Shown: piece after piece, positions 38,848-51,900 of the stretch
Layout of the letters: every line of letters starts with the position of its first letter
Numbering within the stretch: the stretch's first letter is position 1
Source: Azolla caroliniana
Lineage: Eukaryota > Plantae > Polypodiophyta
Reading direction: 5' to 3'
DNA length: 64,000 nucleotides
Assembly (NCBI GenBank): GCA_043228905.1
Contig: JBHGNT010000009.1
Coordinates: 6,200,001 to 6,264,000, forward strand
Made by a program: the position numbers and the translations under genes
The notes under the pieces: generated by a model
Databases searched by the model: none
Seen by the model: only the letters and a program-made list of their open reading frames with translations
Told to the model about the DNA's origin: nothing

Positions 38848-40903
38848 TGTCCTTTGCAGGCAAGATTGTGATTGCAAATCAGATTCTAATGGCCACTATA
38901 TGGCATACTGCTTGCTGCATGTTGGATAATCATGCCCAAATCGATGAAATTGATAAAAAGGATTATCATAATTTCTTATGGGGGGGGCACGGAGAAAAAA
39001 CAGGCCTTGGACCATGCTTATAAAAAGGAAAAGTGAAGGGGGGGTGGGATTGATAGATCTCGTGGTACAAACAAAGGCCTTGCTAGGCAAACTAGTGGTC
39101 AAGAGCTTACAACCTCCTGAGGCACCTTGGAAAGTTCTATGGCGATGTAGATGGAAGTTGTGGCTACCGAGACAAGGTGGACGCAAGCCAAGCAGCTAGA
39201 AATGAGACCCAAATATGGGGGAAGTATGCAGAGTCTCTGTGCTATTGGAATTATGAAAGCATGGCAAGAAATCAGAAAGGGGATCACATGTAGGTGGAGA
39301 AATGATGCATATGCTCAGATGTACATGCCAATTGCGTGGAACCCATTGATTAGAGATGTAGAGGGGTTGATAATAGGACAAAAACAGGCTTCAAATGGGT
39401 TGAGTTAATCAATGCCCAAGGGAATGCATTAGTGGAGTGGGAGAGGTTTTTGTCCAATGAGGTGGCACTGAAAAGGCTAGAATATGGAGAATAAGCAGAG
39501 GTAAAGGCATGCTCAAGAGAATTACAGATGTTATTGCATGTTATATGCATACCTTGGAAGAGGAAGAAATAACTACGTCTGAAATTGCGTGGACAGGACT
39601 TATAGATGCCGAGAATTGTTTAATTGGCATTAAGGGAATGAAAGCAAAATCAAATGAGGTATGCTACTACAAACTAGAGCACGGACTGGTAAGAGATGAG
39701 CAACCAACCTATCAAAGAGAAAGGTTGATTAGGCTGATAGCAAAAAATGGAAAGAATATGATTATTGACCCTAAGCCAAGGGAGATCACACCAGCGACAG
39801 TGTTTTGGCCTATAGAAGGGCATTTAGATCAGTTATCATGGGACCTAGCGATGTATTTCTGGAGAACTCAAGAATGAACTGATGGGGCAAGGCTAGTTCA
39901 ATTTTTCAGGTACACAACACAGAAATTGGGAGGCAAATTATTCTAGAGCAAGAACACGACAAGATTGTGGCAAAGAAATTTTGGATACAAGAGGGCATTA
40001 GTGAAATGAGACTAGATCTTCTGGAAAATGATATGGCATGAGAGTTATGACCGCAAGATAATGATGTGTTTATGGCTTATTGCACATAAAGCCTTGTTGG
40101 TAGGAACGTGGGGTAAATGCCCTAATGTAGACCCTAGATGTATTGCATGTGGACAGATAGAAAGCATATCCCTTTGTCTATGGGAATGTCGTGGGGCAGT
40201 GGTTGTATGGGGAAGGGCACTACGTTTGCTTTGTCATGCCTCTAGTTCGTTCACCCTCAACTAGGGACATGCAAGCTGGAACTGTCTTGAGGATGATGTA
40301 GCGAAATACGATAACGCATGCAATGCTAAGTAGAATGGCACTATTCGGTTGATCACTAACAACATGGTACCTACAGTTAGTGCACATAATCAAAAACTTG
40401 GAGATCTTTGGACGTTGTTTGCCCCCATTACCATATGGTGTATATGGACAACAAGGTGTACCATGGTATTTTCAGGACACAAACGCCCTCCAGCTGAATC
40501 GATTAAGCTAATTTGGCACACATTAATAACTACACTAAGAGCTCAATATGAACGGATTGATGGTACTGATGATGCTGCAGAATTAATGAGGCTGAATTTT
40601 AGAAAGCGGTGGTGTACTACACCGATGGTCACAGGAAATGGAATGGATATCCAATGGAAGTATGAAGTACCCAGATGGTTGTTCCCCCCTCCCATTAGTT
40701 GAACGAGGGGCGTGAAAGAGATGTCATGTGGGATAGTGAATGTAGGTGATGTGTATGAAAGGATGGGTAGAGACACATGTGAAAGTATAAGATAAATAAG
40801 TGAGATTTCTTATATAGGATAGGATAGTCTAGGCAAGGCCTACCCGAAATAGGGATCAAGTATATTTTAACTAATGGAGTATATTCTTTTTTGAAAAAAA
40901 AAA
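38848..40903 (+). mobile_element. Degenerate L1-type LINE, 3' part of ORF2 plus 3' UTR and poly(A)
   Basis: Broken frames giving FAGKIVIANQIL, EGGVGLID, zf-RVT-like CIACGQIESISLCLWEC, and IWCIWTTRC; stop at 40702; A10 at 40894-40903. Confidence 0.8.
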
Positions 40904-41099
40904 CAATGTAGCATTATATAGAGCTTTTCATTTTTTAAATTTGTATGTCAAATGACATGTTAGTTTTTGCAATCTTATGTCATATGACATACATCAAAAA
41001 ACTTTGATACCAACCCGTCAAATTTAGGCCTTGGCTTCCACATTTCTTGGGCCGTCTCCATTTTTCGCAATGTTTCTCTGGTGCCATCACTTACGTGCA

Positions 41100-41560
41100 T
41101 TAGAATTTCCATTCTTGCGCAAAGGTCTTTTTCCTCATATTCTTCAAGTTCTTCTCCTTTTTCAGGTTTTGTTGACGATCCTCAAATTATATCCATAATT
41201 TATTATATTTTAAAGAGTAATTCTAATCTTGTCTTCCATATTTGATCATTTGTGTCCGATAATTTCTCGATCATAAATTTGCGCATGTTGAGTTGTGACA
41301 ACAACATAGATTGTGCCATTATTGCAGAGGGGTGTCCGGATCAATGCATGGCAAACACAAAAATGTCTTTTGTTATTTGATGATTTTGGACACTACGAAT
41401 ATGATTCCTTTTGTATGGGCATAAAGGTTAAATTATGATAAGGGCATGTGTTTTGTGATTTTAGAACGGCATAGGCTATTAGGCTATTAGGTTATAGGTC
41501 GTTGGTTCTAATACCATGTAGGAAAAGAAAAAAGAGAAAGATAGAAAGAAAAGGAGAGAT

Positions 41561-41598
<38 letters not shown>

Positions 41599-41850
41599 AG
41601 AGAGATTGAGGGACAGAGAGAAGTTATATTATAATTAAAAACACCCTAATGTTTACAATCGTTGGCGGTGGCTTTATAAGACCACCATCGATGCGGTTTC
41701 CTTCTCATGATGGAAACCGTCTTCCTAACTAATAACTAACACTAAATAATATTTATTTATTAATTAATTTTTTACTTATTATATTTGTTGAGATATCAAG
41801 CTCAACTAGGTTTAGCTACTTAGTCAACCATGTAACTTAGTAGTTACATA
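41100..41850 (-). mobile_element. Possible highly decayed Copia 5' end (PBS + LTR)
   Basis: Minus strand ...CCTACA|TGGTATTAGAACC at 41516-41504 resembles CA + iMet PBS; adjacent (GA)n and TATA. No partner LTR found; boundaries approximate. Confidence 0.35.
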
Positions 41851-44800
41851 ATTAGAATCTAGTTAGAAGTGTTGACCTTAAAGCCTTAAATAGGATTTTG
41901 TACTTAGTGGGATACATTCTAGATCCTCCACTACCAAGTTCATTGAATATAGGACTTACATCCTTGTACCTATATTCTCCTCACACATGTGCACCCTTTC
42001 ACATGAGATGTATATATACCACATTGTGGGCACTGGGTATCGTTATATTTTTTTACACTCTTGTTAATCATCCCTCATTTATATTATTGTTCATAAGTGT
42101 ATATTCCTCTCTCTCTTCCTCTCACACACAAATCACATAATCTTCCGCTACTTTATCAATACTCACATAATTAGATCCTAATTAACCCTAGTTAATTACC
42201 TAATTATTAACAATATTTATTATTTTCCACACCTACAACCATCCTTATGGCTTTATCAAGTTGGGATTGCATTGTACTAGTAGTTTGCTAGATCTAATAA
42301 ATAATTCAAGTTCCATGTTGATATTCCTTGTTGTTCTTTAGCTCCTATGTGTTATTATCTTGTACCATGCGTCATAATCATTACAAATCCAATTACCTCT
42401 CTTAATGGCCTCGCCCAAAATACTCGCGTAGCTATTAAGAACTCAGTCGATCCCACACCACAGATTGTACTAGCAACCATTAAAGTCCTCGTACCTACTG
42501 AAGATATTGTCAATGATGATCTGATGAGATTGGTCTTATCACCCTATTCCAAGAGACCATCTCATCCAACCTAAAGGTATTTCACCTAGTGTGTTTTACA
42601 CACATGTTGGTGAACTTTCAACATACAAAAAAGCTACAACAACAACTAGTTATTCTTACTTGCAACTAGCTAACGTGTTTTTGCATCGTTATCCTCTTGT
42701 TAATAGTAGTGGCCATTGGTTTGATTGATCTTCATCTTCTCCCCACTCACTTTACTTATTGTTTCAGCCAGAAGCTTAGTACCCCTTATTACAAACTTTT
42801 GTTTTAGGTGCTTTTCTCCTTTTACACATGGCACATCACAAAAATGCCTTACCCAAAACTCAAATCCTTCCTGTTAGGCAACAACATACCAATCCATCCT
42901 CTATAATGCCTTCAATCATGTGTTCGTAACATTAATTGAAGGAATGCACACAATTAATTGATAGTCTCCTAAATACATCTTTTCAATACTACGAGTATTG
43001 GTTTTGATCACAAGCTTCTACCATGCCACAAGAGGTTTCTTATCATCATCAAGAGATGTTAGAAGCACCTTTAGGCTACATTAATATGTCAAACCTAGAG
43101 GTGCCCAATCATGACATATGTCAATATAACTACTGATGGTTTACTCTGATGTAGTTGTGGAGGTGGTACGTTTAGGTCTACTCCATTTTGACACTAATCC
43201 TCATCAACTGGTTGCATGATCAGATAATAGTGCCTTGACATAAACAACGCCAACGCATTATCCTTCCCTTTAAGCAATCATGCATCTCATGGTCAATTGA
43301 ATGTAATGCATCCCAATCTAAATGTCATATTTCTCAACGACTATTGGTAGTATATGACAAGGAGGTGGAGACAGTGTTCATGCTAACAAACCCAAATTTG
43401 AATTGGACAGAAGCTTAATTATATATTAGTAGCAATCTAACAAAAGCTTTCACAAATAACAAGAGGAGTGAGAAATCCAAAAAAGATGTAACTACAAGGC
43501 CACCCCTGTCATTGGACAAGGTCACATCAGTTACACATTTTTCGCAAAATACATGCATTTAACCCCACATCAAAATGTATGTACCTTATAATTTATCATG
43601 TTAATTTTTAGTTTTTCCAATTACATGGAATTATATTTCATTGTCCACGTGATTTGTGTTGACTCGTCCCCTAAGATTTATTATATAATGGAGTTCTTAA
43701 ATTTTTTAACTTGCATATTTAGGAAATTTATTGAATAGACAATGTTAACCAAGTCAATCGAGAAGAACAGATGGGCCAAAGTATTCCAAACCTAACTAAG
43801 GATGAAGTAGAACACTCTAGGGAGGACAATAGTTAATGATAATGATGATAATTAGTTACATTATTGAACCAATTGTAATTTTTATACAATTCAATGGAAA
43901 ATGAGTTAATTAAATTATGTGGGCATCATGGAAATTTTGGTGACTACAAATGCAACAACTGAAGCAGGTGTTGAAGTAGCCCACAAAAATTTTCAGCTAA
44001 GTCGAATGCACTAGTATGTATTGATTGTTCAATGGAAGAAGGTTAGGATATCATCCTCAAAGGGGTTTTGCTAGACGTTCATTACATATAGATGTCCAAT
44101 GTCATTCTTTTTAGTCTTTCACTCTGTTTCTTTGTGCTCTATTATAGGCCATCATGGCTAAAGCCTTTATAATGTTTTCAAACTAATCATTTCGTCATGT
44201 ATGCAGAAGTTCTACTAATGAAGAATAATTTTTCTTGGAAAAAATAATAAGTTAATTAAATTATTTTGGCTTACCTGACATATTTCTTTTGTATTTGGAT
44301 CCGAAATATGATGAAGAGTTTTGGGGAGAGTGAGATTTGTAAATTTTTGTGTGAGAGTTGTGAGTTTTGGAAAGTGTGAATAGAGGTGGAAAGTGTGTGG
44401 GGTATGCAGGAATGTGAATACAATGTGATCGAAAGTAGGAATGCACAAGAGATGAAGAGCAAATGAGAGTAACCAAGTAACCAAGAGGACATGAGAATCT
44501 ACTTGACCTTTCTCTTTTTTTCTAATTCTCTTCTTCCATTATATTTTGCTCTTGACTATGGCCATAATAGGCATCACATTATTATTCGTATCCTACAACA
44601 TCTTGTGAGACATGTCATTACCATGTTGAAAGCCTATTGTATGAATAGCACAATTAATATGCAATTCTACAAGGACACAAATATGTTCTTCTCGTGGAGA
44701 GCCTAACCAAGAACTTTTCTCATGTTGAGCCTACGGAACTAACTTAATGAACACAAGATCATATATGATATAGATAATCCCAAACATATATATATAAAGT

Positions 44801-47800
44801 AACTTGGTAAGAATTGTTGTTATGAAATTCACAAAGTTACAAGAGACTAATGCAAAAGATTCGAGGTTGAAATGCATGATTAAGAAAACCCTTTACATAG
44901 ATGAAGGAGAAGATTAGGAAGAAAACAAAGAAAGGTTAAACAATAGAGACGGGAAAACTTAAGTTTTAGTGTGGTGAATCTATGAGTGACACCATAGTAT
45001 TTGCGAATGATTGAAACATTCGCGCTAGAAAAACACCCTCAAAGAATGATAAATACCATACTTTTGGATTAACTATTTATTATGAGGTAAGCCTAAAAAA
45101 TGGAAAAAAAATTAAAAATTAAAAATGGGAAAAAAACAAAAAGAAAAACATAAGAATGTTTGAAGAACATTCGCATTCGTTTTCCAACGTAGGAAAACGA
45201 ATGTTATGCTAGACGAACACGAAGTTTACTTACAATGAGTGACGCCTTGGCCTTTGTTGGCCCCCCACGCATGCTTGTGATTCACTAGCAATGTTTGTAT
45301 TGACAAACCCTAGATGTTTGATTACTCAAGTTTGCAAACCCAACAATGAGCTCTCTTGCTCATTTTGTAGCATTTTAGAGCTCCATTGTTGAGGAAAAAA
45401 TTAGTGTTGCTTGTGGCCTCTTTTAGCATGCATGTCTGTTTTTTCTTTTCACGTGCACTTGATCTTTATCCTTGTATGGGCACTAAATTTTGGCAAAATG
45501 TTTGTCTTGGCATCTATATTTACCATCTCTTTGTAAATTATAGATCGTCTTTACCATTGTGTTCCCTTCAGGGGTATTGAACCCTTTACCAACTTATTTT
45601 AGTGTTGAACACTTACTCTTTGAGCTTTTCATTTGCCATTCACTTCGACCCAATTTCCCACCTCTTGTGAAACTTGACATTTCGACTTCTTTCTCCTTTT
45701 GCACACACCATGTCACAACAATGTTTCTAATCGAGTTATGTGCAAGAATTTCAAAAGGCATTGGAAATTTAATTTTTGGCATTAATATCCCTCAGTTCAT
45801 CAAAACGTCTATAACTAATTGAATGGGAGTGTTGACAATTACACATTTTATGGCAAAGATTCAGTTCATTTTATACTAATTAATTATTCACGAAGTTTCT
45901 CTCATTAATTTTATCAAAAACTTTTATTTTGAATATTGTTTATTAACTTGAATCAAAAACCTTATAGTGCACTTCTTTTCTTTTAGTACATATGACAAAA
46001 ATTTATAGTATACTTCTTTTCTTTTAGTAAATAACTTTATTGCTAATTATATTATTTTCTCAATTTATTAGCTTTATTAGAAAATAAAGGGAAGTAGTAT
46101 TTCTCTTGTCGTGTATGCACTCCACAATGTGTAATGAGTTTCCCCGAAGGTTCCAACACAACTCATACCTTGGTGTGTTGCACATCCAAATGTCGCTACA
46201 AAGGGTCGCCTTCCTCATGGTGAACTTAACCAGGGGTTTTCGGGGCAAGATCACTTTGTACTTTAAGACATAAAATCACTTACCTCCACACCCCATGATG
46301 AAACCGTGGAAGCCTTGAGGGCTTCTTAAGTGAACATAACATTACCATACACCTAACCACAACAATAATTAAGAAATATTTCTATTTTAATAAAATAGGT
46401 CATTAGTTAGATAAAAAAATACGAGTTGTGTCAATTAAATAGATCATTGCTAAGTATAAACTATTTATATCTCAATTAAGTAGTACGGAAAAGCTATATG
46501 GAGTCAATGTGGCTCTTGCTAAGTGCAAATGGGAGGGAATGGAGACCAAAAAAGTAGCGCAAAGAGGTATTTAAAGGCCCCTTCCACATAAGAGCTCTTG
46601 CCATTTTATGCAAGTGAAAAAACCTAAAATTGCCCCTTTCACATTAAAGTTCATAAAGCATTAGCTATTGCCACCTAGTAAAGGGTCGTTGCCCACAATT
46701 TACAATATGAACACTTTTCTTATATACATTTGAAATACAACCATTAGCTTAGATTTCAAAATTGTACACTAACTCATAAGGATATTAAACCACACGACAA
46801 TGATATTATTTCATAAAGAGTAAGTAACACTTGGGGATTAACAATCGTACTCAAGCCTTATGAGTCATGACTATCATTACCCCCATAATAATCCACAAAA
46901 ATATTAAAGTGAAAGTAAATCAACACGAATTAGCTTTGTTCAATGGAAGATCAATCTAGTTGACTCTAATGTGCACTAGCCAATTAATGTTGCCTCTAAT
47001 GTGATATTGTAGATTGAATGAAAAATTAGATCGATTCAACCAAACAATATAATGTTAATTTTCTTACATATCACATTGAATGTTCGATGTTATTACCTAA
47101 TATTAATAACATTGAATGCTCTTAAACTTTGGTTTAGCCTATATTACTCATACAAAGATAAATTTATGAACATATTTGTATCATAAATATTGTTAAAAAA
47201 AAGCATTGGTATTTACGTACTCCTAATTTATCATACATAGTGTTTGTGAATTATCCTTGATTGACCGATTGTTTAATACTTCACATTGTACTACATCTTG
47301 CAAATGAGTTTTTCATATTGCACGTTATTTGCTCTCTTTGAGCCCTCAATATTGTTCCTGTGTGTAAAGAAGAAGATTGCTATGTTTACAAGAGGCATAA
47401 TGTTCATAGTTGTTCAGACATCATTTTCAATGATATTTCTCAAGAGTTGTGGCAAGTACTCTTGTCATTTTAATTATAAGAACCTTTTTGAAAAAGGTTA
47501 TGGAATTGAGAAGTTGGTTTGGATCCTTGCAGTTCGACATTTGCTCCATGTAATATTTGTATAGCAACATAAAAGAAAAAGTTGCATCTTTAGTAATACT
47601 TTTTGTTATGATCCTTCGACTTTTGGCAAATTTTACATTTGGTGATTCCACCAACCTTGGTTCACACATGTTATGGTATAATTCCTAGTTTTATTAATCA
47701 AGGGCTTTGCTCGATATAAACATTGAGGAGAAGGGATATCTTTAGAAATTGTTTTCCATATGAATTTATAAATCTTTTGAAATTCTATATCGATTACTCT

Positions 47801-48910
47801 AAAATTGACCTTACTTGACATGTTATGGATATTGTGACCACTAATTTTTCCCTACAATCCCTTCAATTGCATGTATAGATGTTCGATGGAGTCATGTGTT
47901 CTTTGCCAACTTGTGCTCTGAATCAATTTTCATACATTGGCATGATGGTTTATTGTATTTACATAAGCCAGAAAAGTCACTTTAATAACTAAATATGTTG
48001 GCCAAAGATGGCCATGGAAATATACACATCATAATCAAGAAGTAGGTAGAAAGGATGGACTAATTTCATACAATATAGAATCATTGTTGATATAGTAATG
48101 TACCTTACAATCATGTATCTCCTCTACCTAAAAAGTGGAACAAACAACTTGTGTGATTATGACCTTTTTTTTTTACATTAAAGTTTATTCGTAATATTTG
48201 TTTCATTGTACACAAACGGGAAGAGTAGATAATTGAGATTCCTATTCTTTTTAAACATCCAGTCAAATGCCCTACAGTCACATGGAATATTTGATTCAAC
48301 TAATTCTAGCTTGTGACAATTAGGAATATTAAAGTTCTCTAAACCTTAAGTCACTAGGCTAGGATATAAGTCCTCTAAGCCTTGAGTCATTAGGCTTATT
48401 CTAGATCAGCATCGATGGAGTGCATTAATGTTGCCCAAAGATAGAATTACTAAGCTATGATCAATAAAAATAGTGAATGAAAGTTTAATGAAGAGTTTGT
48501 TAAATGATTCAATACCAAAGTAGTCATTCAATAGAATACATTCTTAATTGAGTAACCTTTAATGGAAATTAGAACCAAAACTTTCTATTTTGTTTCGTAC
48601 ATATTGAATGTAGTAAAGTGCAGTACAATTATAAGACAGTTACATGAAAGAGTGGCAACATGGGTAAAGAGCAGATGAGACGATGTACAATAAGTGCCAT
48701 AGAAAAGGTAGTAGACTCGTTAAACTTAGCAAGGAAGTGTTAGTAAATATTTGGATTCCCTATTTTCAGTACATAAAAGTAGTGGATACACAAAGAGTAA
48801 AGGATGTATTAATTGTCTTTTGAGCCCGGAAAAGAGACAACAAGACCAAGGAAGCCCTACTCTCCTCATGATTAGGTTTTCATGACATTCTTAAGGATCT
48901 CTTGTACACT

Positions 48911-48965
48911 CCATATAAAGACTAAAGACAACTTCATATTTGAGAGAGAGAGAGAGAGAGAGAGA
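48911..48965 (+). promoter_or_regulatory. Putative TATA box and (GA)n 5' UTR of the GDSL gene
   Basis: CCATATAAAG at 48911-48920; (GA)n 48942-48965 immediately before the ATG. Confidence 0.55.
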
Positions 48966-48967
48966 TC

Positions 48968-51900
48968 ATGATGAAGAATGTAGAAGTGATGTGGTGGGTT
49001 GTGGTGGTAGTGTTAGGGTGGCATGTAGTATGTGCAATGGAGAGTGCTAGTTATAATGCTAACACTACTACTAGTACAAGAGTTAGTGAAGGAAACTTAG
49101 AGGTTGGAGAAGGGAAAGGAAATGTAAGGAAATTATTCCCTGCATTCTTTGTCCTCGGTGATTCGACCGTAGATGCAGGAAACAACAACTACATCCTCAC
49201 TATCGCCACGGCCAAGAATCTCCCCTTTGGCATCGACTTCCCTTCTGGCCCCACCGGTCGATTTTGCAATGGCAAGCTCTTCATCGATTTCCTCGGTATG
49301 GTTATGAACATATATCTCCCTCTCCATTTCGTGGAAATTCACTTGACACCAATCTCATTCTTACAAAGTCCTCCCAACATTCATGCAAAGTAGTTTGTTC
49401 ATGTCGCTTGTTGGTTAATCCATTCACATATAAATACATTGTCAATCGCTTCTTTCCTAACATTTTTAGTTGGTTTTTTTCATCCAAACATTTGGTGGTT
49501 GATTAATTTGTCACGCGATAAGACACATTTAATACCTCATCTGGACTTTAGTTGTTGATTCGTTAATTCATCTCAACACTAGCTGTTAATTAATTCATAC
49601 AAGAGCTAGTTAGGTCATAATTATATTGATCAAACCTGAAATGTGCCACATTGAGCTGGTTTGCATGACAATCTCAAAGATGAGTCTTCTACTATCAAAC
49701 TTGGCATCAATTGGTTGTTAATTAAGCAAATGCCATTAATTGTTAATTAGTTCATGCACATGCCCCAAGAGCTAGTTCTCCTTCCAAAATTTAAATGCTT
49801 TGGAATTTCCACTCATCTAATGCCTGAATAATAAACATCACTTGCATTGGTTAACTCATCCAATCATTAGTCATCAATAAATCATCCCAAACCTTAATGA
49901 TTAAACATTGGATCATAGAACAACATAAAAGTGAATGCATTGATGTCAAGTGTGTGTGTGAGCTTAACCTCGATCTCAAAAGTGCTAGGTTCCCAAGAGG
50001 TGATAATCAATGAACAAAGTGGAAGCATGACAAGAAAATATGGTCCTATTACTTGCATGTAAAAGGAAGATTTGTTTTTGGTAAAAAAAGAAGAAGGAAG
50101 ATTAGTAATGATCAACAATGACAGTGGATGAGCTCCTAGCTAGACATGAAAGTGGTGGAGCTAAATGTAGATATCATTCGTTTTTAAAGAATACATGAGA
50201 AATACTTATCATATAATATATCAAATTAAGAATTTATATTGCCTATGTGTCTAGATGTCCATTTAAGCACACAAGGTTAGGTTTTTCAAAGGAGAATTTC
50301 TCCAATGAAAAAAAAAGTTTGGTAAATCCTTTCAAGAGGAACAAGATCCCAATCGTGATCAATCTTCATTGTTCATCTAGCTCACGATTTAGGGTTTAGT
50401 TGCTATTACTAATGATTTACCTTTTTAACATAGAGTTATGTCTAGATTTAGTTGCTTCACAACTAGATTTTATATTGGAGGACTCTAGGCATTCGAGTAT
50501 GTGGGTTTTTTTCAATTTTGTTTTTACCTGGGTGCTTATAGTAGTCTATTAGAAGTAAACTTAAGATTCTATCACAATTTATTCAACACCCTAGTTACAC
50601 ATTCCAATAGGCAATTGTGATGGAACATGAGCATCCTTTGATTATAGAGTAAAAATGTGGGTGCCTAGGTTGGCCGTGAGCATGTGATATAGTGGGTTTC
50701 TAAAGAGTGACAACATAGAGCCACCGCTAAATTTTCATGGTGTACAACTTGAGAAAGAATTCTAAATTGTAGAAAGAGACAATTGCCATGAATTAAAATG
50801 TGTGATCAATCATTGAAATATTATATCCCCAGGCTTGAAGTTGTTAACCCAAGCATTGTCGAAGGGCCATTTGTTAGCATGCATATTAAATGGCCACCCA
50901 TTTGTGAATTGCACACCATGTTTTGTTTTGTGCGAAAGGACAAATATAGATGTACATACATGGTTTGCCGCATGGCCTTCTTTGGCATTTAGAGTAAATT
51001 ATTGTTCTTTCATTCTTTGTAAGACATATGGCATCAAATGTCTCTCTCCTTCTTACATATCAGACATTGAAAAGTCTAGAAATCCTTGTTTCAATATTGT
51101 GCCGCATTCATGTCGATTCATAGTATTAATAAAGAGACCCTATTCTTATCCTTTTGCTCGAGCCAATATTCCACCAAACCACCATAAACCTTGGTGTTTC
51201 AAAATTATTTTCCAAGAACTTACCAAATTCTGAATTTAAGTATATTAAAGCTAAGCATATCTGCCTTTCATTGTAACAAAAAAGAAGATAGGAACAAGGA
51301 TGTGACGGCACGATCCCAAACAGGATGAACCAAAAGGTGGCACTTACAACACATGATTGCCATTCAAAATACAAAACAACAAAAAGCCCAATCTTTTCTC
51401 GACATGAATGAAGGTGTGCCAAACTTTCTTCGAGTCGTGGGAAGGGAAAAGAAGAAGAAGAAGGTGGTGATGGTGGGGAAGTCCAGAGTGCCAAATAAAT
51501 GTGGTGGAGGACATAAAATAGCGAAAAAAAAAGCACCGATAATATCGATAAATCGATTTAATTGAGTTTTTGGCGGAAAAGTTGGCCAAGGGCAATGACA
51601 AGAAGGAACACGTGGTGGGTGCCAGGTGGTGGGAGGGGAACCAGTGTGGGACCACAAGAGATGACCTAACTCATTTAAGAGATATCTAGGTATACATATA
51701 TGTATGTACAAACAAAAACATACATAATGATATGTACATAGTTAGATAGATAGATAGATAAGATAGTTATAGATAAGTAGATAGATGTACATATGTAGTT
51801 ATAAATTATAATACATAGATAGTTATAGAGAAGGTAATAGTTATACATAGATAGTTATGTATAGATAAGGTAATTAGTTATACATATATAGTTATAGTCT

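Noticed and set aside
41850-48900. Additional host genes in the AT-rich region
   Set aside because: Only short motif-less ORFs; probably decayed repeats and intergenic DNA that I cannot classify.
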